Shown here: one piece after another, positions 37,344 through 49,841 of the stretch
Position numbering within the stretch: position 1 is the first letter of the stretch
Layout: each line of letters begins with the position of its first letter
From: Leucoraja ocellata
Lineage: Eukaryota
Assembly: GCA_036785375.1 (NCBI GenBank)
Contig: JAWMAR010000272.1
Location: 682,001-746,000, forward strand
Length of the DNA: 64,000 nucleotides
Reading direction: 5' to 3'
Translations under genes and position numbers: made by a program
The notes under the pieces: generated by a model
What the model saw: only the letters and a program-made list of their open reading frames with translations
What the model was told of the DNA's origin: nothing
Database searches by the model: none

Positions 37344-39971
37344 TATTTTACTTGAATTTACTCATCTCTTTAAAGTAAATAAACGTTGTGCCAACATAAT
37401 TAGATTGTGGAAGCATTCTTTGCCGTCTACTTGTTAATATTATCTGCAAATGCAGGAAGTACACTCGCCGTCTCCTGAACCAAGGCTTTTAATGTATAAA
37501 CTTCATGGAAGGATCAGATTAGATGGCGAGATTGGAATCATGTTACAATAGCGTAGACCTACATACAAGGAAAATATAATTACATTGAGATTGGGAATTT
37601 AATATGTTGAGCACTTCTAAACAAAGCCCAGCTTGCACAATACTGAGAGACTGCTCTATTCTTGTAAGCATCAAGCAATACAAGCCCAGTGCTGAGACAT
37701 TGTATTGTGAAGAAAATACCTAGAAATGCATTACCAGTTGTTGGTGTTAAACATATTGAAAGGCCATCAGTGCATTGTATCTTTTTCTGAAATTCATTTA
37801 AAATACATGCATTGCCTCAGCAGGAGGCCTGATTTTGTGGCTGGCTGGTGCCAGTCAGAGCTATCTAAAACTAATTGGCCAATTAAAACCATACCATGCA
37901 TCTTGTGTGTATTGTACTAAGTGCTGGTAGATGGCCCTGAAACCATGTGGAGCAGAGAAGTATTCAAGAAAGGTACAGCACCAGAGGAATGAACAGATGG
38001 AGACCAGGCTGTTACAAAGCCACCTTTAGCATCCAGACAATGGGTCCTACAAAGTTCAAGTTTCTGATCTATTTGCTTTATTGATCTTTAATATTTACAT
38101 CTCAGAGTTGGACTCAGGCCATTGTAGCACATCATGCAAAAATATATTTAGTTAAAAAGATACAATTTAAAACTATAGAGTTACTCCACAATAGATGCAA
38201 TGATCAGGAAGTGGCACATTGGGACATCAGGTGTCAGGGATTACGGGGGGAAGGCAGGAGAATGGGATTAAGAGAGAAAGATAGATCAGCCATGATTGAA
38301 TGGCAGAGTTGACTTGATGGGCCTAATCGCCTAATTCTACTCCTAGAACATATGAACTTAGGAACATCAAGTAGAACCGCTACCACACAACTCCGGCAAC
38401 AGGTTTCATCCAGATTCAAGAGAGTTTATTGTCATGTGACCCAGATAGGACAATGAAATTCTTGCTTTATGTTTGAAATTCTGTCTGTGTGGCATTTGCA
38501 TGTTGTCTCTATACCCTATGGGTTTCCACCAGTTTTCCTCCCACATTCCATAGACATGTGGTCCATTGGTTAATTAGCTGCTGTAAATTGTACTCTTCTG
38601 TAGGTAGATGAATGTCAGAAAAACAGGCTACAAGAAAAATGAATGGAGGGATGGGATCAGTCTGTGTGCTGGCATAGACTTGACAGACTGAATTCCTCCT
38701 TCTCTGCCACAGAGCTAACAGCAAGCGCTGCATTGATGTGGGAAATTTGTCGTGGCACAAACATTTTGCTGGTAATCATTTAGGTTTTCCAGGAACTGAT
38801 ACTTTCCAAATAAAAACCACTATGCAGGAATATTAATTCAAACCTACTACCTTGTTATTTTTATAATTGTCTTAGAAAACATTTTGACTCACGGAACACA
38901 AAAAATGTTAGAGAAGCCAGCAATTGTGATGTAATGCTTTCAATAAGCACTTATTCAAAGGGCAAGCCACGCAATGTACATAAACTTGCATAGAATATGA
39001 TTCCAATGAGAAATATCCATAATCTGGTTGCTACAGCATCAATCAGTCAACAGACCTATCAATTCTTATCAACCATTCCCCGAATGTTATCTACCTTCTG
39101 TTTAGGTTACGCTTGGATAATCAGAAAGCTTTTCCTGCTGCTGTTCTTGTTTCCTCATTTATCATCTTTTCAGCAAGTTGGTGCTTTGAATGTAAGTGAG
39201 ATCACGCCAAGTGTGGAAGTGAGATCACGCCAAAGTGGTTGGTTGAGAGTTAAAGCTGCACATTGGGAGATGCAATGTATGGAGCTCAGTGGGTTCTTAA
39301 ACTCTCAAAGCTCAATTGCAAACCCACACAAGCGCGGCAGGAAGAACTTAAAGAGTTTGGAGTTTGTCCAGGGGTAACAACGTGGGAGCTAACTATGGAG
39401 CTCAGTGGGTTCTTAAACTCTCAATGCCCTTTGCAATTATACATACATTACAAATTTGTTTGAGGAACTGATTTCTGCGCACTATAATTGCCGCAGTAAT
39501 GCTGATGTTGAAGGTGCAAATTCGCCTGGTGGTGTAGGTGTTAATGTAGGAGTTAATGTTAGACCTAACTGGCCTACTCTCACCAGATGATGCCACTTAT
39601 CTCACCCTAACTGGCATTAGAGATAGCCCATGTGGATTTCTGCAAAATAGTTTGTAAACATTTACACCTTGCGGATTCGTTATTCACCCAGGTCCCAGCT
39701 ACGAGGTCAACATTAATCTGACAGAATTTCTTTCTGGTTTTGAACACGTAATTCTCAACATGTATAATTCCAGTATCTCCCTGATGTCTCACTTCCCTAT
39801 CTTAATACACAGACTCTGTCGAACACTTCTCTTTGTGCCATGATGATTTACCTGCTTCAATTGGGTCTCCCACATTTTCTCTTCCAAAGTCGATTGGACA
39901 AGTCTCAACTACGTTGTGTCTCTGCTCATTAACATTTCAGCTGGAAGAAATCCTGCAGTGCAATATCTATT

Positions 39972-40412
39972 GTGTAAGAAGGAACTGCAGATGCTGGTTT
40001 AAACTGAAGATAGACACAAAAACTGGAGTAACTCAGGAGGACAAGCAGCGTCTCTGGAGAGAAGGAATGGGAGACGTTCGGTTCGAGGCCCTTCTTCAGA
40101 CTGGTTAGGGATAAGGGAAATGAGAGAGAGATATAGATGGAGATGTGTAGAGATAAAGAACAATGAATGAAAGATATGCAAAAAAGTAATGATGATAAAG
40201 GAAACAAGCCATTGATAGCTGTTCGTCGGGTGAAAATGAGAAGCTCTTGCGACTTGGGTGAGGGAGGGATAGAAAGAGATGGAATGCCAGGGCGAGATAA
40301 ATCAATATTCATACCATTGGCCAGTAAGCTGCCCAAGCAAAATATGAGATGCTGTTCCTCCAATTTCCTTTTAGCTTCACTGACAATAGAGGAGATCGAG
40401 GACAGAAAGGCA
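39972..40412 (-). mobile_element. Penelope-like element 3' end (GIY-YIG C-terminus plus terminal repeat)
   Basis: The minus-strand ORF begins EEQHLIFCLGSLLANGMNIDLS; the downstream repeat contains ctgaagaagggcctcgaaccgaacgtc (decayed hammerhead core). Confidence 0.8.
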
Positions 40413-41039
40413 ATGTGTAGTGCCCTATTCTTAAGGAGTAAGAGGAAACTGTGATGATGATGATCAGTCAGCCTTCCATACTCTGATTCTTTGAATCTTC
40501 TTTACCAAGCAAAATTACTTTTCTGCTTCCTCATTTGAAGAGGGTTGGCAGGAGAAGTAAAGTTGTGTTTCATTGCATTGCTCTACAAACTGAGATACAT
40601 TTTAAAAAGATTTACCTACTGGCAGTTCAACTAGTTCTGAAGTAATACCAAGAAGTTCTGCACCCTTTTAATGGTAAATGAACGTGTTGGAATAGCTGTA
40701 CAGGATGGCGTAATCTGTAGTATAAACATATTTTCATTGATTTACCAGATTTCTAAGTTTGTTCATATCAGGTTCATTGGTAGCTTCCCCAGGCACTATC
40801 TTTATATGTACTGTAGCCAAGTGTTCTGCATGGAACTCTTCCAAAATCTTCCTGTGTAATTCCTTCAGTGTCCCTCAATTATTTCTCCATTTTATACAGC
40901 CTTGGTTGTAGCCTTGATTACGTCTGTGATAAATTATTTTCATGATGTTGTTCAACAATGGTAAGATTTTGCGAGGGATTCATTGAGTTTAAAATAGAAC
41001 ACTAATGTGTAAAAGGAAATTAAGTATTTAGATTTAAGA

Positions 41040-41400
41040 GTGGATAAGAATGGTTTGCGACAGATGAAAGAGAAAGAGGTCATCATCAAATCTCCAAAAT
41101 CTAAGACCTTAACTGAATTCAAATTATTTCTTGGTCTGATCCATTACTAGTCTAGATTTCTACCAAACATTGTCACAGTTGACGCTAATTGATTAGCTAG
41201 GAAAGAAGGTAAGGTTACGTTGATGGGGTAAAATCTAGAAAGTTCAAATGATCTATGCAAGAGAAGCCTCAGCAGTGTGTCCTTATTTTGCACATACGAC
41301 ACTGCCTAATACTAAAACTTGTTTGCAATGCTTCCAAATAGAGAATTGAGCCAGAAACCACAGAGGGCTTCTTTTCATTTCACATCACGCACACACACAC
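41040..41400 (+). mobile_element. Highly degenerate Gypsy LTR-retrotransposon RT/RNase H linker fragment
   Basis: KTLTEFKLFLGLIHY*SRFLPNIVTV (cf. ..TELRSFLGLVNYY.KFLPNL) and LKLVCNAS (cf. L.LACDAS). Confidence 0.55.
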
Positions 41401-42957
41401 CAAAAGTGGAAAAAAGAATGACATGATGAATAGACAGTAATCTGAAACATTGACCCTGCTTCTCTTTCTACAGCTGCAGCATGACCCGCCGAGTGTTTCC
41501 AGCATTTTTGTTTTTAATTTCAGATTTTCAATAAATGCAATTTTAAATTTCCATAAACATCGTTGCTCGGAGCATTTGGATCACAATTGTAGAGCTTATT
41601 GAAGCTCAGTATACAGCGCCAACCCTTGTGGCTGTTAAATACCATGAGGTGTTCAGTCTATTCATTAACTGAGCATAAGCATGGAACAAATAAGACACAA
41701 AATGCTGGAATAACAGCGGGTCATGCAGCATCTCTGGAGAACATGGATAGGTGATGTTTTAGTTTGGGACCCTTCTGTAGACTGATTGTGGTGTGGGGAG
41801 AAAGCTGGAAGAGATGAGGGGGCAGGGCAAAGCCTGGGGAAGGGAAAAGGAGAAATCTGTGCAAATTCAGGTGGAATACAGGGATGAGATGGAGGAAAAT
41901 AAACATTAACTAGCCAATGAATAACTATTTGGAAGAGATATTATTTTATGGCCGCTTTGATAACCTAATGAGTTGCTACGGTTGCTATGTATGGTTGGTA
42001 TGTGTACATAGTGAACCCACTGTGTACCAATCATGAAAGGCTGAAATTTACGGTAAAAAGGGAAAGCAACAGAGCCTGATGCAGACTTCAAAAAGATCTG
42101 GCTAAAGGTTAGCAATCGCTTCCGCAGTTGCAGGTATATGGTGTGACGTCACCAACTGGCAAACTAACCAACTTTCTGAAAGAATTCTTGCAAAGAGAAA
42201 GCCAGGAAGGAAGAAAGATAATATTTAATTAACCTTTCAAACACGACAAAGTGGTAACAATTGTAACATACATCTATGATTGGGATGGAAATTGAAATAT
42301 CACAACTCACCATTCAAAAATAGTTGTGAAATATTCGCCAAAAAAATTGCAAAACACATAAATTACGTTTACTTTCATGATCTTTGAGAACACAAGGAAG
42401 CTTTAAATACAGTGTAAGCACAGACTTAGATCTCATACACAAAATCAGCAATAATATTGTGGTCTTGCAGTCATAGTGATGCAGCACTGAAACAGGTATT
42501 TTGGCTAATCTAACATTGGTTTCATTGTGTATTCTCCCTAAATTGATATCAAACACACTCTCTACCCCCTCCCCCTACAGTAATTCTACCAACCATCTAC
42601 AAGGCAGTGGCCAGTGAACCCAACAACCCATATTTTTGGGATACTTGAGAAAGCCTAAGTCACAGGTGAAAACCCTGGAGGTTAAAGGGAGAACAAACCA
42701 ACTCCACATAGATAGCACCTTAAGGTCAAGATTGAACCTGAGTCACTTGTCCTGTGGGGTAACATATTCCAGCTACCCTAATGAGCTGCATTGTAATCTT
42801 TTACAATGACGCACGTTCATAAATATCTTCTGGTCACAACAGTGCGGGTAATTTTTCTTGATCTTGTCGTAGTGTCTTAGGTTATTGATTGATGTTGGGA
42901 CTCAACCAATCAAACTGCTGCCAAAGCATAATGCGCAAGACACAATGTACGACAACA

Positions 42958-43951
42958 GTGTGGCACAGTGGCACAGCGGTAGAGTTACTGCCTTACAATG
43001 CCTGAGGCCCACGTTCAATCCTGACTATGGATGCAGTCAATGAAAGTAAGCATGCAGGTACAGCAGGCAGTGAAGAAAGCGAAAGGCATGTTGGCCTTTA
43101 TAACAAGAGGATTTGAGTATAGGAGCAAAGAGGTCCTACTGCAGTTGTATAGGGTCTAATGAGACCACACCTGGAGTATTGTGTGCAGTTTTGGTTCCCT
43201 AATTTGATGAAGGACATTCTTGCTATTGAGGGAGTGCAGCGTACATTTACTAGGTTAATTCCCGGGATGGCGGGACTGTGATATGCTGAGAGAATGGAGC
43301 GGCTGTGCTTGTACACTCTGGAGTTTAGAAGGATGAGAGGGAATCTTATTGAAACATATAAGATTATTAAGGGTTTGGACACGCTAAAGGCAGGAAACAT
43401 GTTCCCGATGTTGGTGGAATCCAGAACCAGGGGCCACAGCTTAAGAATAAGGGGTAAGCCATTTAGAACGGAGATGAGGAAACACTTTTTCTCACAGAGA
43501 GTCGTGAGTCTGGGGAATTCTCCGCCTCATCGGGGGGTGGAAGCCGGTTCTCTGGATACTTTCAAGAGAGAGCTAGATAGGGCTCTTAAAGATAACATAG
43601 TCAGAGGATATGGGGAGAAGGTAGGAACGGGGTACGGATTGGAGATGATCAGCCACGATCTCATTGAATGGCGGTGCTGGCTCGAAGGGCCGAATGGCCT
43701 ATTCCTGCACCTATTGTCTATGTCTATTGCTGTCTGTATGGAGTTTGCACTTTCTCCCTGTGACTTTTCTGCATGTGTTTCTCTGGGTGCTCTGGTTTCT
43801 TTCCTCATTCGAAAGATGTGCAGGTTTGAAGGTTAATTGGCTTCTGTAAATTGTCCCTTCTGTGTAGGATACAACTAGTGTAGGGCGATTGTTGGTCCGC
43901 ATGGACCCAGTGGGCCGAAGGACCTGTTTCCATGCTATATCTCTAAGCTAA
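42958..43951 (+). mobile_element. HE1/V-SINE-type SINE split by a CR1 insertion (SINE parts ~42958-43038 and ~43728-43951)
   Basis: The head ...ttcaatcctgactatggatgcagtc stops at 43038; the SINE body resumes with tgctgtctgtatggagtttgcac at ~43728. Confidence 0.8.
43039..43727 (+). mobile_element. Young CR1 (HER1-like) LINE 3' fragment
   Basis: MKVSMQVQQAVKKAKGMLAFITRGFEYRSKEVLLQLY...RPHLEYCVQFW...LEFRRMRGNLIETYKIIKGLD...SRTRGHSLRIRG; CR1 tail. Confidence 0.92.
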
Positions 43952-44039
43952 CTCACAAAGAAAAGAGCACTGCCTCCTCCTGCAGAATCAATGGGATTTA
44001 TTGTGTGTGGATAGAGTTGTTTTGTTGTGATTTGATGTA

Positions 44040-44440
44040 CTCTGACCTACCCACCATCGAAGAGTTATAGAAGAAGCGCTGTCTCAAAAAGACTGTGGGC
44101 ATTATCAAGGACCCACACCACCCTAGCCACACACTCATTTCACTCCTGCCATCATCAAGAAGGTATACGAGTGTGAAAAGCTTCTTCCCAACAACCATCA
44201 GGCTATTGAACACTATGAACTCCAATTAAACTCCGAACTACTGCCGAGGTTGCACTAGGGGCTTTGGGCTTTGTTTTATTTTTGCCCTATATTGGGTTTA
44301 TTTATTTATTGAAGATTTTTTGCTTGCTCATTAGATTATCTATTGAGTTCTGTTTACAAATCTGTTCCCAGGCTGCTGCAAGTAAGAATTTCATTGTTCC
44401 ATTCCAGTACATATGACAATACAACACTCTTGGCTCATGA
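44040..44440 (+). mobile_element. Rex1/Babar-type LINE 3' fragment
   Basis: IIKDPHHPSHTLISLLPSSRRY; tail gctgctgcaagtaagaatttcattgttcc...gacaatacaacactcttg. Confidence 0.75.
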
Positions 44441-45354
44441 CCTAAACTATTGAATTCTGATCTTCTCCCCAAACAGTTCTGACAATGGCCTGTAGAAGCT
44501 GGCCTGTGGTAGTCTTTGGTGAGATACTGGTTCCAATTGTTCACACTGTTTTAAACTAGGATCTATTGACAGCAGAAGGCAAACATCAGTCCAAATTATG
44601 TGACACACAATAAGCGAAACAGTAGTTATTTTGTGGAAGTGAATCATTTGCAAAGACTTTCTTGCTGCAAGTCAATGAAGTTTGGAATATGGGATTAGTT
44701 TGTAGAATAAATTTACTTTTAGCTCCTGAATTATTTTTATAAACAGAAGATACAACTCAAAATTATCAGCAAACATAATCTTGTGTTGTTCCTGGACCTT
44801 CCGTCTACTTTGGAACTTGTTGACAAATACAAGTGATCAAAGAATAAAGCAGACGGATGAGAGAAACAATATAGGATATATAAATGCTGACACTGCTGGA
44901 TTTATTAAAGTTAAGAGTGTTCTGAGAGCACTAGATTGGAAATGCAAGGGGAACAATTGGGGGTCACAAACAAGGGAACATATTGCAAAATAAAGGGCCC
45001 ATCGTTTAAAACGGAGGCACATAAAAAAAGTCTTCCCTCAGAGCAGAGTGAACCTCTGGGATTCTCTGCCACTGAGAGGGGGTGGAGGCCAGAACTAGAT
45101 ATATTTAGTTGGAGATAGATAAATATTTGAAACATCAAGGAGCCAAGGATTACGTGGAACTAGCACAGAAATGGAGCTGAAGCCAACATAGATCAGCCAT
45201 GATCACATTGACTGGTGCGGCAGGCATGAGGTGATTGGTAGCTGACTCCACTTTTCTTGAGTTCTTGTGTAAGTGAGTCACTGCTTCAGCTGGTTGCTGG
45301 AAAAGATGGAATTGAAAGGACAACTGTTGCATTTCCTGCCATTGCATGAGAAAG

Positions 45355-45688
45355 TCATAAGGTCATGTGATAGGAGAATTAGGCCATTCAGCCCATCGTC
45401 TACTCAGCCATTCAATCATGGCTGATCTACCCCAACCTCCTGCCCCATTCTCCTGCCTTCTCCCCGTAACCCGTATTAATCAAGAATCCATCTATTTCTG
45501 CTTTTAAAATATCCATTAACGGCCTCCAATGCCTTCTGTGGCAACAAATTCCACAGATTCACCACCCTCTGACTAAAGAAATTCCTTCTCATCTCCTTCC
45601 TAAAGGAACGTCCTTTAATTCTGAGGCTGACCTTTAGTCCTAGACTCTCCCACTAGTGGAAACAGCCTCTCCACATCCACTCTATCCA
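45355..45688 (-). mobile_element. CR1 LINE 3' fragment
   Basis: Reverse complement of gagtctaggactaaagg...gagatgagaaggaatttctttagtcagagggtggtgaatctgtggaatt... Confidence 0.85.
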
Positions 45689-45689
45689 C

Positions 45690-46074
45690 CCGTGAAAATG
45701 AAGGCATTGGCCAGATCATACGTCTGGTGGCCAGTAATCAACAAAGAGTTGGAACAACAAGTGAGAAGTTGTCCAAGCTGTCAACAGAGTCAACATAGTA
45801 CTGTTGAAGCCCAAATCCATCCATGGGAGTTTCCTGAGAGACCGGATGTTGTGTAAAAGAGCATATACCATAAAGGTGAAATTGTGTTACCTGCCTCCAA
45901 GTTAAAGGGGGAGGAGTGTTGTGTATGAGAATATGATTAGCATATTTGAAGGTCTTGCACAATTGTACGCATGCGCAGGGAGACTCAAGATGGCGATTTC
46001 AATGCAAGAAGCATGTAAATTACCTGTGTGTTCCGAGTCTTATTTTAAGTCCATTTCCAAGCAAATACATAACA
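45690..46074 (+). mobile_element. Gypsy LTR-retrotransposon remnant: integrase zinc-finger fragment, polypurine tract and 3' LTR
   Basis: VKMKALARSYVWWPVINKELEQQVRSCPSCQ...IHPWEFPERP (integrase H2C2 region); PPT aaagggggaggag (45904-45916); LTR 45917-46074 with inverted termini TGTTGTGTA...TACATAACA. Confidence 0.8.
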
Positions 46075-46602
46075 GTTTCTAAATTAATGGGATCTCATAC
46101 AGAAATGCAGTTTGACAGAAACAGGAAGTGGCAATGATTATCCAGGAGCAACGGGTAGTTAATGTAATTTGTGAAAAACCTTTTTCCACGATTCTCGGAA
46201 AATCTTGAAAAACGTTTCTAACATCAAGCCTTTCAAAAAAGACTAGGGCTTGAGATGCCTAATCACCTTGGGAGGACCTTTCCTGCTGATTCTGGTCCAT
46301 AAAGAGTTAAGGATGCACGTTAGACTGGAAGGGCCACCTGGTCCTCTTTTACTGAGACTGGGTTTAGTACATCTTCAGCCAGAGGCCAGCATTCACGGGG
46401 GCAGTTGGTATTGAGCATGGTGAGGACCAGCAGTATATCTGGGGAGGTCGGGAACAATCAAAACAAATGGGTTGACGATTGGATTACGAGAGCCAACAGA
46501 TCTTGAGGGGGAGATTCTGAAGCAGCAGATTATAGGGGGCGGAGTGAGGGGGGCGGGGGGCATTAGAACCAGCAGATTGCTGGGGGAGAAACAGTCGTCA
46601 GA

Positions 46603-46942
46603 GTCATAGAAACATAGGAAATAGGTGCAGGAGGAGGCCATTCGGTCCTTCGAGCCAGCACCACCATTCATGGTGCTCACGGATGATCGTCCCCAATCAA
46701 TAACCCTTGCCTGCCTTCTCCCCATATCCCTTGATTCCAATAGCCCCCTAGAGCTCTATATAACTCTCTCTTAAATCCATCCAGTGATTTGGCCTCCACA
46801 GCCCTCTGTGGCAGGGAATTCCACAAATTCACAAATCTCTGGGTGAAAAAGTTTTTTTCTCACCTCAGTCTTAAATGGCCTCGCCTTCATTCTAAGACTG
46901 TGGCCCCTGGTTCTGGACTCGCCCAACATTGGGAACATTTTT
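46603..46942 (-). mobile_element. Young CR1 LINE 3' fragment
   Basis: catagaaacataggaaataggtgcaggaggaggccattcgg...tggcccctggttctggactcgcccaacattgggaaca. Confidence 0.88.
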
Positions 46943-48015
46943 TGTGATCAGATTGTTGTTGGGAGAGCATGAATCACAATGGATATGAAAGGGATGGGGG
47001 TGTGGTAATTGAAGATCAGGAAAGTCTGGAGCCTCTGGGATTGAGGGAATATAGGATTTGCAGGAGTTATGGGGGTATCAGAAAGGACAAATATCTTCTG
47101 ATGCATGGGAGTGGGGTCAAGACCATCAGCAAAGGAAAATCAGGGAATCTGAATCTCCTGCTAGGTGGGAATGGGGACTATGTAGTTGGAGGAGATCCCA
47201 TTCATGGGAATATACAGATCCTTTTTCTTCTTTGCCTTGCCTATTTAAGTGTGTTTAGGTGCTGCGTAATCAAAGTGATTTTATCTGACTACCTCCCCCA
47301 CCAAATAACAAGCACCCACCACAGACTGGGAGTTCGAGTGACCTGTCTGGAGCACAGTAGGCATGGGAGGGTTGTTTTACAAGTGAGGAGGGCAGGTGAT
47401 TATGGGTATGTTGTACTGCACATGCTCTGCTGGTGCACAGCTCCGAGTCTAAGTTTAAAGTCTGTTGATTCCAGGGCATCCAACAACAGGTGTGACTAGT
47501 GGGATTGAAATCAAGGCGTGTGATAAAACACTAGTGCAAGCTCTTGGAAAACAACTTTAACAAGTATTCATTGTTATTCTTTGCTTCATTAGCAAGATGA
47601 ACAATCCATCCCAAGGCAAATTGATCAATTCCAATTATGTTTCTTTCTCTGACAGAAGCATAAGCCAAGTACTGAAAAGAAACTCTCTGGTAATATTGAA
47701 AGTTAATATCTCCCAACATCATTCACATAAAATTCTCTTGGAAACAGCCACATTTTAGTTATGTTTAAATTTTTGCCAAAAGACTAGCAATAATAATTCA
47801 ACTGGAACTAATGCAGGGCTGATCAAACAGTTTTTCTTTCGCACATAATACCAACAAAACATAGATACTACTGTATCAAAGAATATTTCTTAATGTTATT
47901 ACTTCTTACAATATTGATTAGATTTTCATTTAGTTTTTGAACTGTTATGCAGGCTCAGGCAGTTTTAAATGCTAAGCTTACAGCTATTTCAAAAATGGAA
48001 TTGAAAGAACTTTAC

Positions 48016-48018
48016 CAT
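48016..48018 (-). CDS. Candidate ATG-only coding end of the first exon of the PLEKHG4B-like gene
   Basis: Minus strand AGGAAG-ATG|gtaaag (A at -3; phase-0 donor fits the phase-0 acceptor at 12191, giving [11 protein letters not shown]). Lies at the end of a ~1-kb repeat-free block. Inference only. Confidence 0.35.
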
Positions 48019-48834
48019 CTTCCTCAGTATATCACTGTTATCCCATTGCTTCAGGATGTATGGTCCGCCCACACTGTCTGTGTTCAGAAGAACAAGTCTG
48101 TGCTAAGGGTCAGCACTCCCCACTCATAACGATCAGCCACACACTGTAGGATCTCATCGGAGCAGCAAGCTTGAAGAATGCAGCATGACACGATGAATTC
48201 AGAGCTCTGTTGAGCTTAGAAAAGTGATTTGCAGTGGGAGAAGCAATGCATGAATGTGCCTCCTTCAGTGGACAAGTAGGCTGGTAAAAAGGGGAGGGAG
48301 TGGAGGAGGTCTGCAAAAATAAAGCTGTCTTCAGAAATTCCAAAAACTTGAACCAGTTGAAAAAGCTTCAGTTGAACATTTCACTGAGATTTGAAGTACC
48401 AGTCATGGCTGGCAAAATCATGATTCTTTAAAGATTTCCAAATGCAAAGGTTTCTAAGAAGGTTTTCCTGGTCAGATAAGTTAACACTGCCTCATGCTTT
48501 ATTGCGCAGAAGTCCATTCTTGCCTCTATTCTCACAGGATACATTAATCTTGCAGCAAATATTTGCACTTGTCATCGAGAACCCCGTGCTCCTCTCAGTT
48601 TTATGATGCTTGCACAGCCAGAAAAATGTGTTAGGTTCTCCCTTCCACATTGTAAATAAGCTTACAGCTTGTCCAAACACAAAGGCCCTTTCATATATCA
48701 CGGCTTGCTTTTGTTTTGTGCATAACAGCTGTAAAAAGCCCTAGATAATTCTGCAATATCTAACACTGAGTTTAGAAGTACAACTCCGTCTGAGCTACTG
48801 TGGCTCACTATGTCACAGTACAGACCGGCACTCC

Positions 48835-48875
48835 TCTTTCCACTTATTAATCCAGTGAATCACGCCCCCCTGTCT
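48835..48875 (-). promoter_or_regulatory. Candidate core promoter (GC/KLF box, AP-1-like site, TATA-like element)
   Basis: Minus strand reads ggggggcgtgattcactggattaataagtgg, ~800 nt upstream of the candidate ATG|gt. Confidence 0.25.
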
Positions 48876-49841
48876 GCTTGCCAACATTTCCTGACAAGCG
48901 AGCAGGCTCCCTTTTCTGTGACACATCATGAAACTGTTAAAGGCAACCTCTGACGGATTTTATCTCAAAGAGTTTTAATGGAAACTTGCCATCTTCTTTG
49001 TGGTAATAGCATAAGATACAGAAGTTTGGACTGGATGGGATATATGCTTTGTGGCAACATTTCAATACTCTCCCGAGCCGCCTCAGAACTAATAAACAAT
49101 ATGATCCGTGCAGTGTTTTCAACCTCTGAAGATGCACAGCTACTCCCGGTTGTGATGTTGCAGTGCTGTACTGTGTCTACATTCAGTTTTCTTGCACAAC
49201 ATTTTGAAATTTTAAAAATCAGCATTTAAAATGTTTTTAGCTTCTTGGTCTCATGAACATTTGGCCTGCAACGCACATTGTTTAGAAACACAAAGATATT
49301 TGCATGCAGTTTCATACTGTAGCTGTTTCATTCTCTTCTGAATTTATTTTTGATATCATCTTTTAACTCTCTTTATTTTTAAAATATTCACCCCGCCTTT
49401 CCCCGACAGTCGCTAGAGTTCAGTTCCATTGGCACAGTTCCAAATCATAATCATAATGTGAAATCAAAACTAATATTATTTTCCACTTTTCCATCACTGA
49501 GCTTCACCAGAGTGAAGTGGTTCGGAGAAACTCTTTGCCACAACCAAGCAAGTTTATCTTGTTTGTAGCTAGTGTTAGAAAATCCATTGATTTCCAATAA
49601 ACTACCCATAATTGGGTGAGCATAAAACAATCCAATTCAAATGGTGAGACAGCCAAAGAATACAGGAAATGAAAATGTAAAATAACCTGCAGATGCTGAA
49701 AATCCAAAACAAAACAGAAAATACTGTGAAAAGAATCAACATGTCAAGCAGCATCTATGAAGTATCTTGTATCTTGTATCTATGAAGAGAGAAATGGTTA
49801 TTGCCTGACATATTGAATGATTCCGACATTTTCAGATTTAA

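Noticed and set aside
43294-43836. 180-aa ORF
   Set aside because: CR1 ORF2 C-terminus reading through into its UTR and the SINE; transposon debris.
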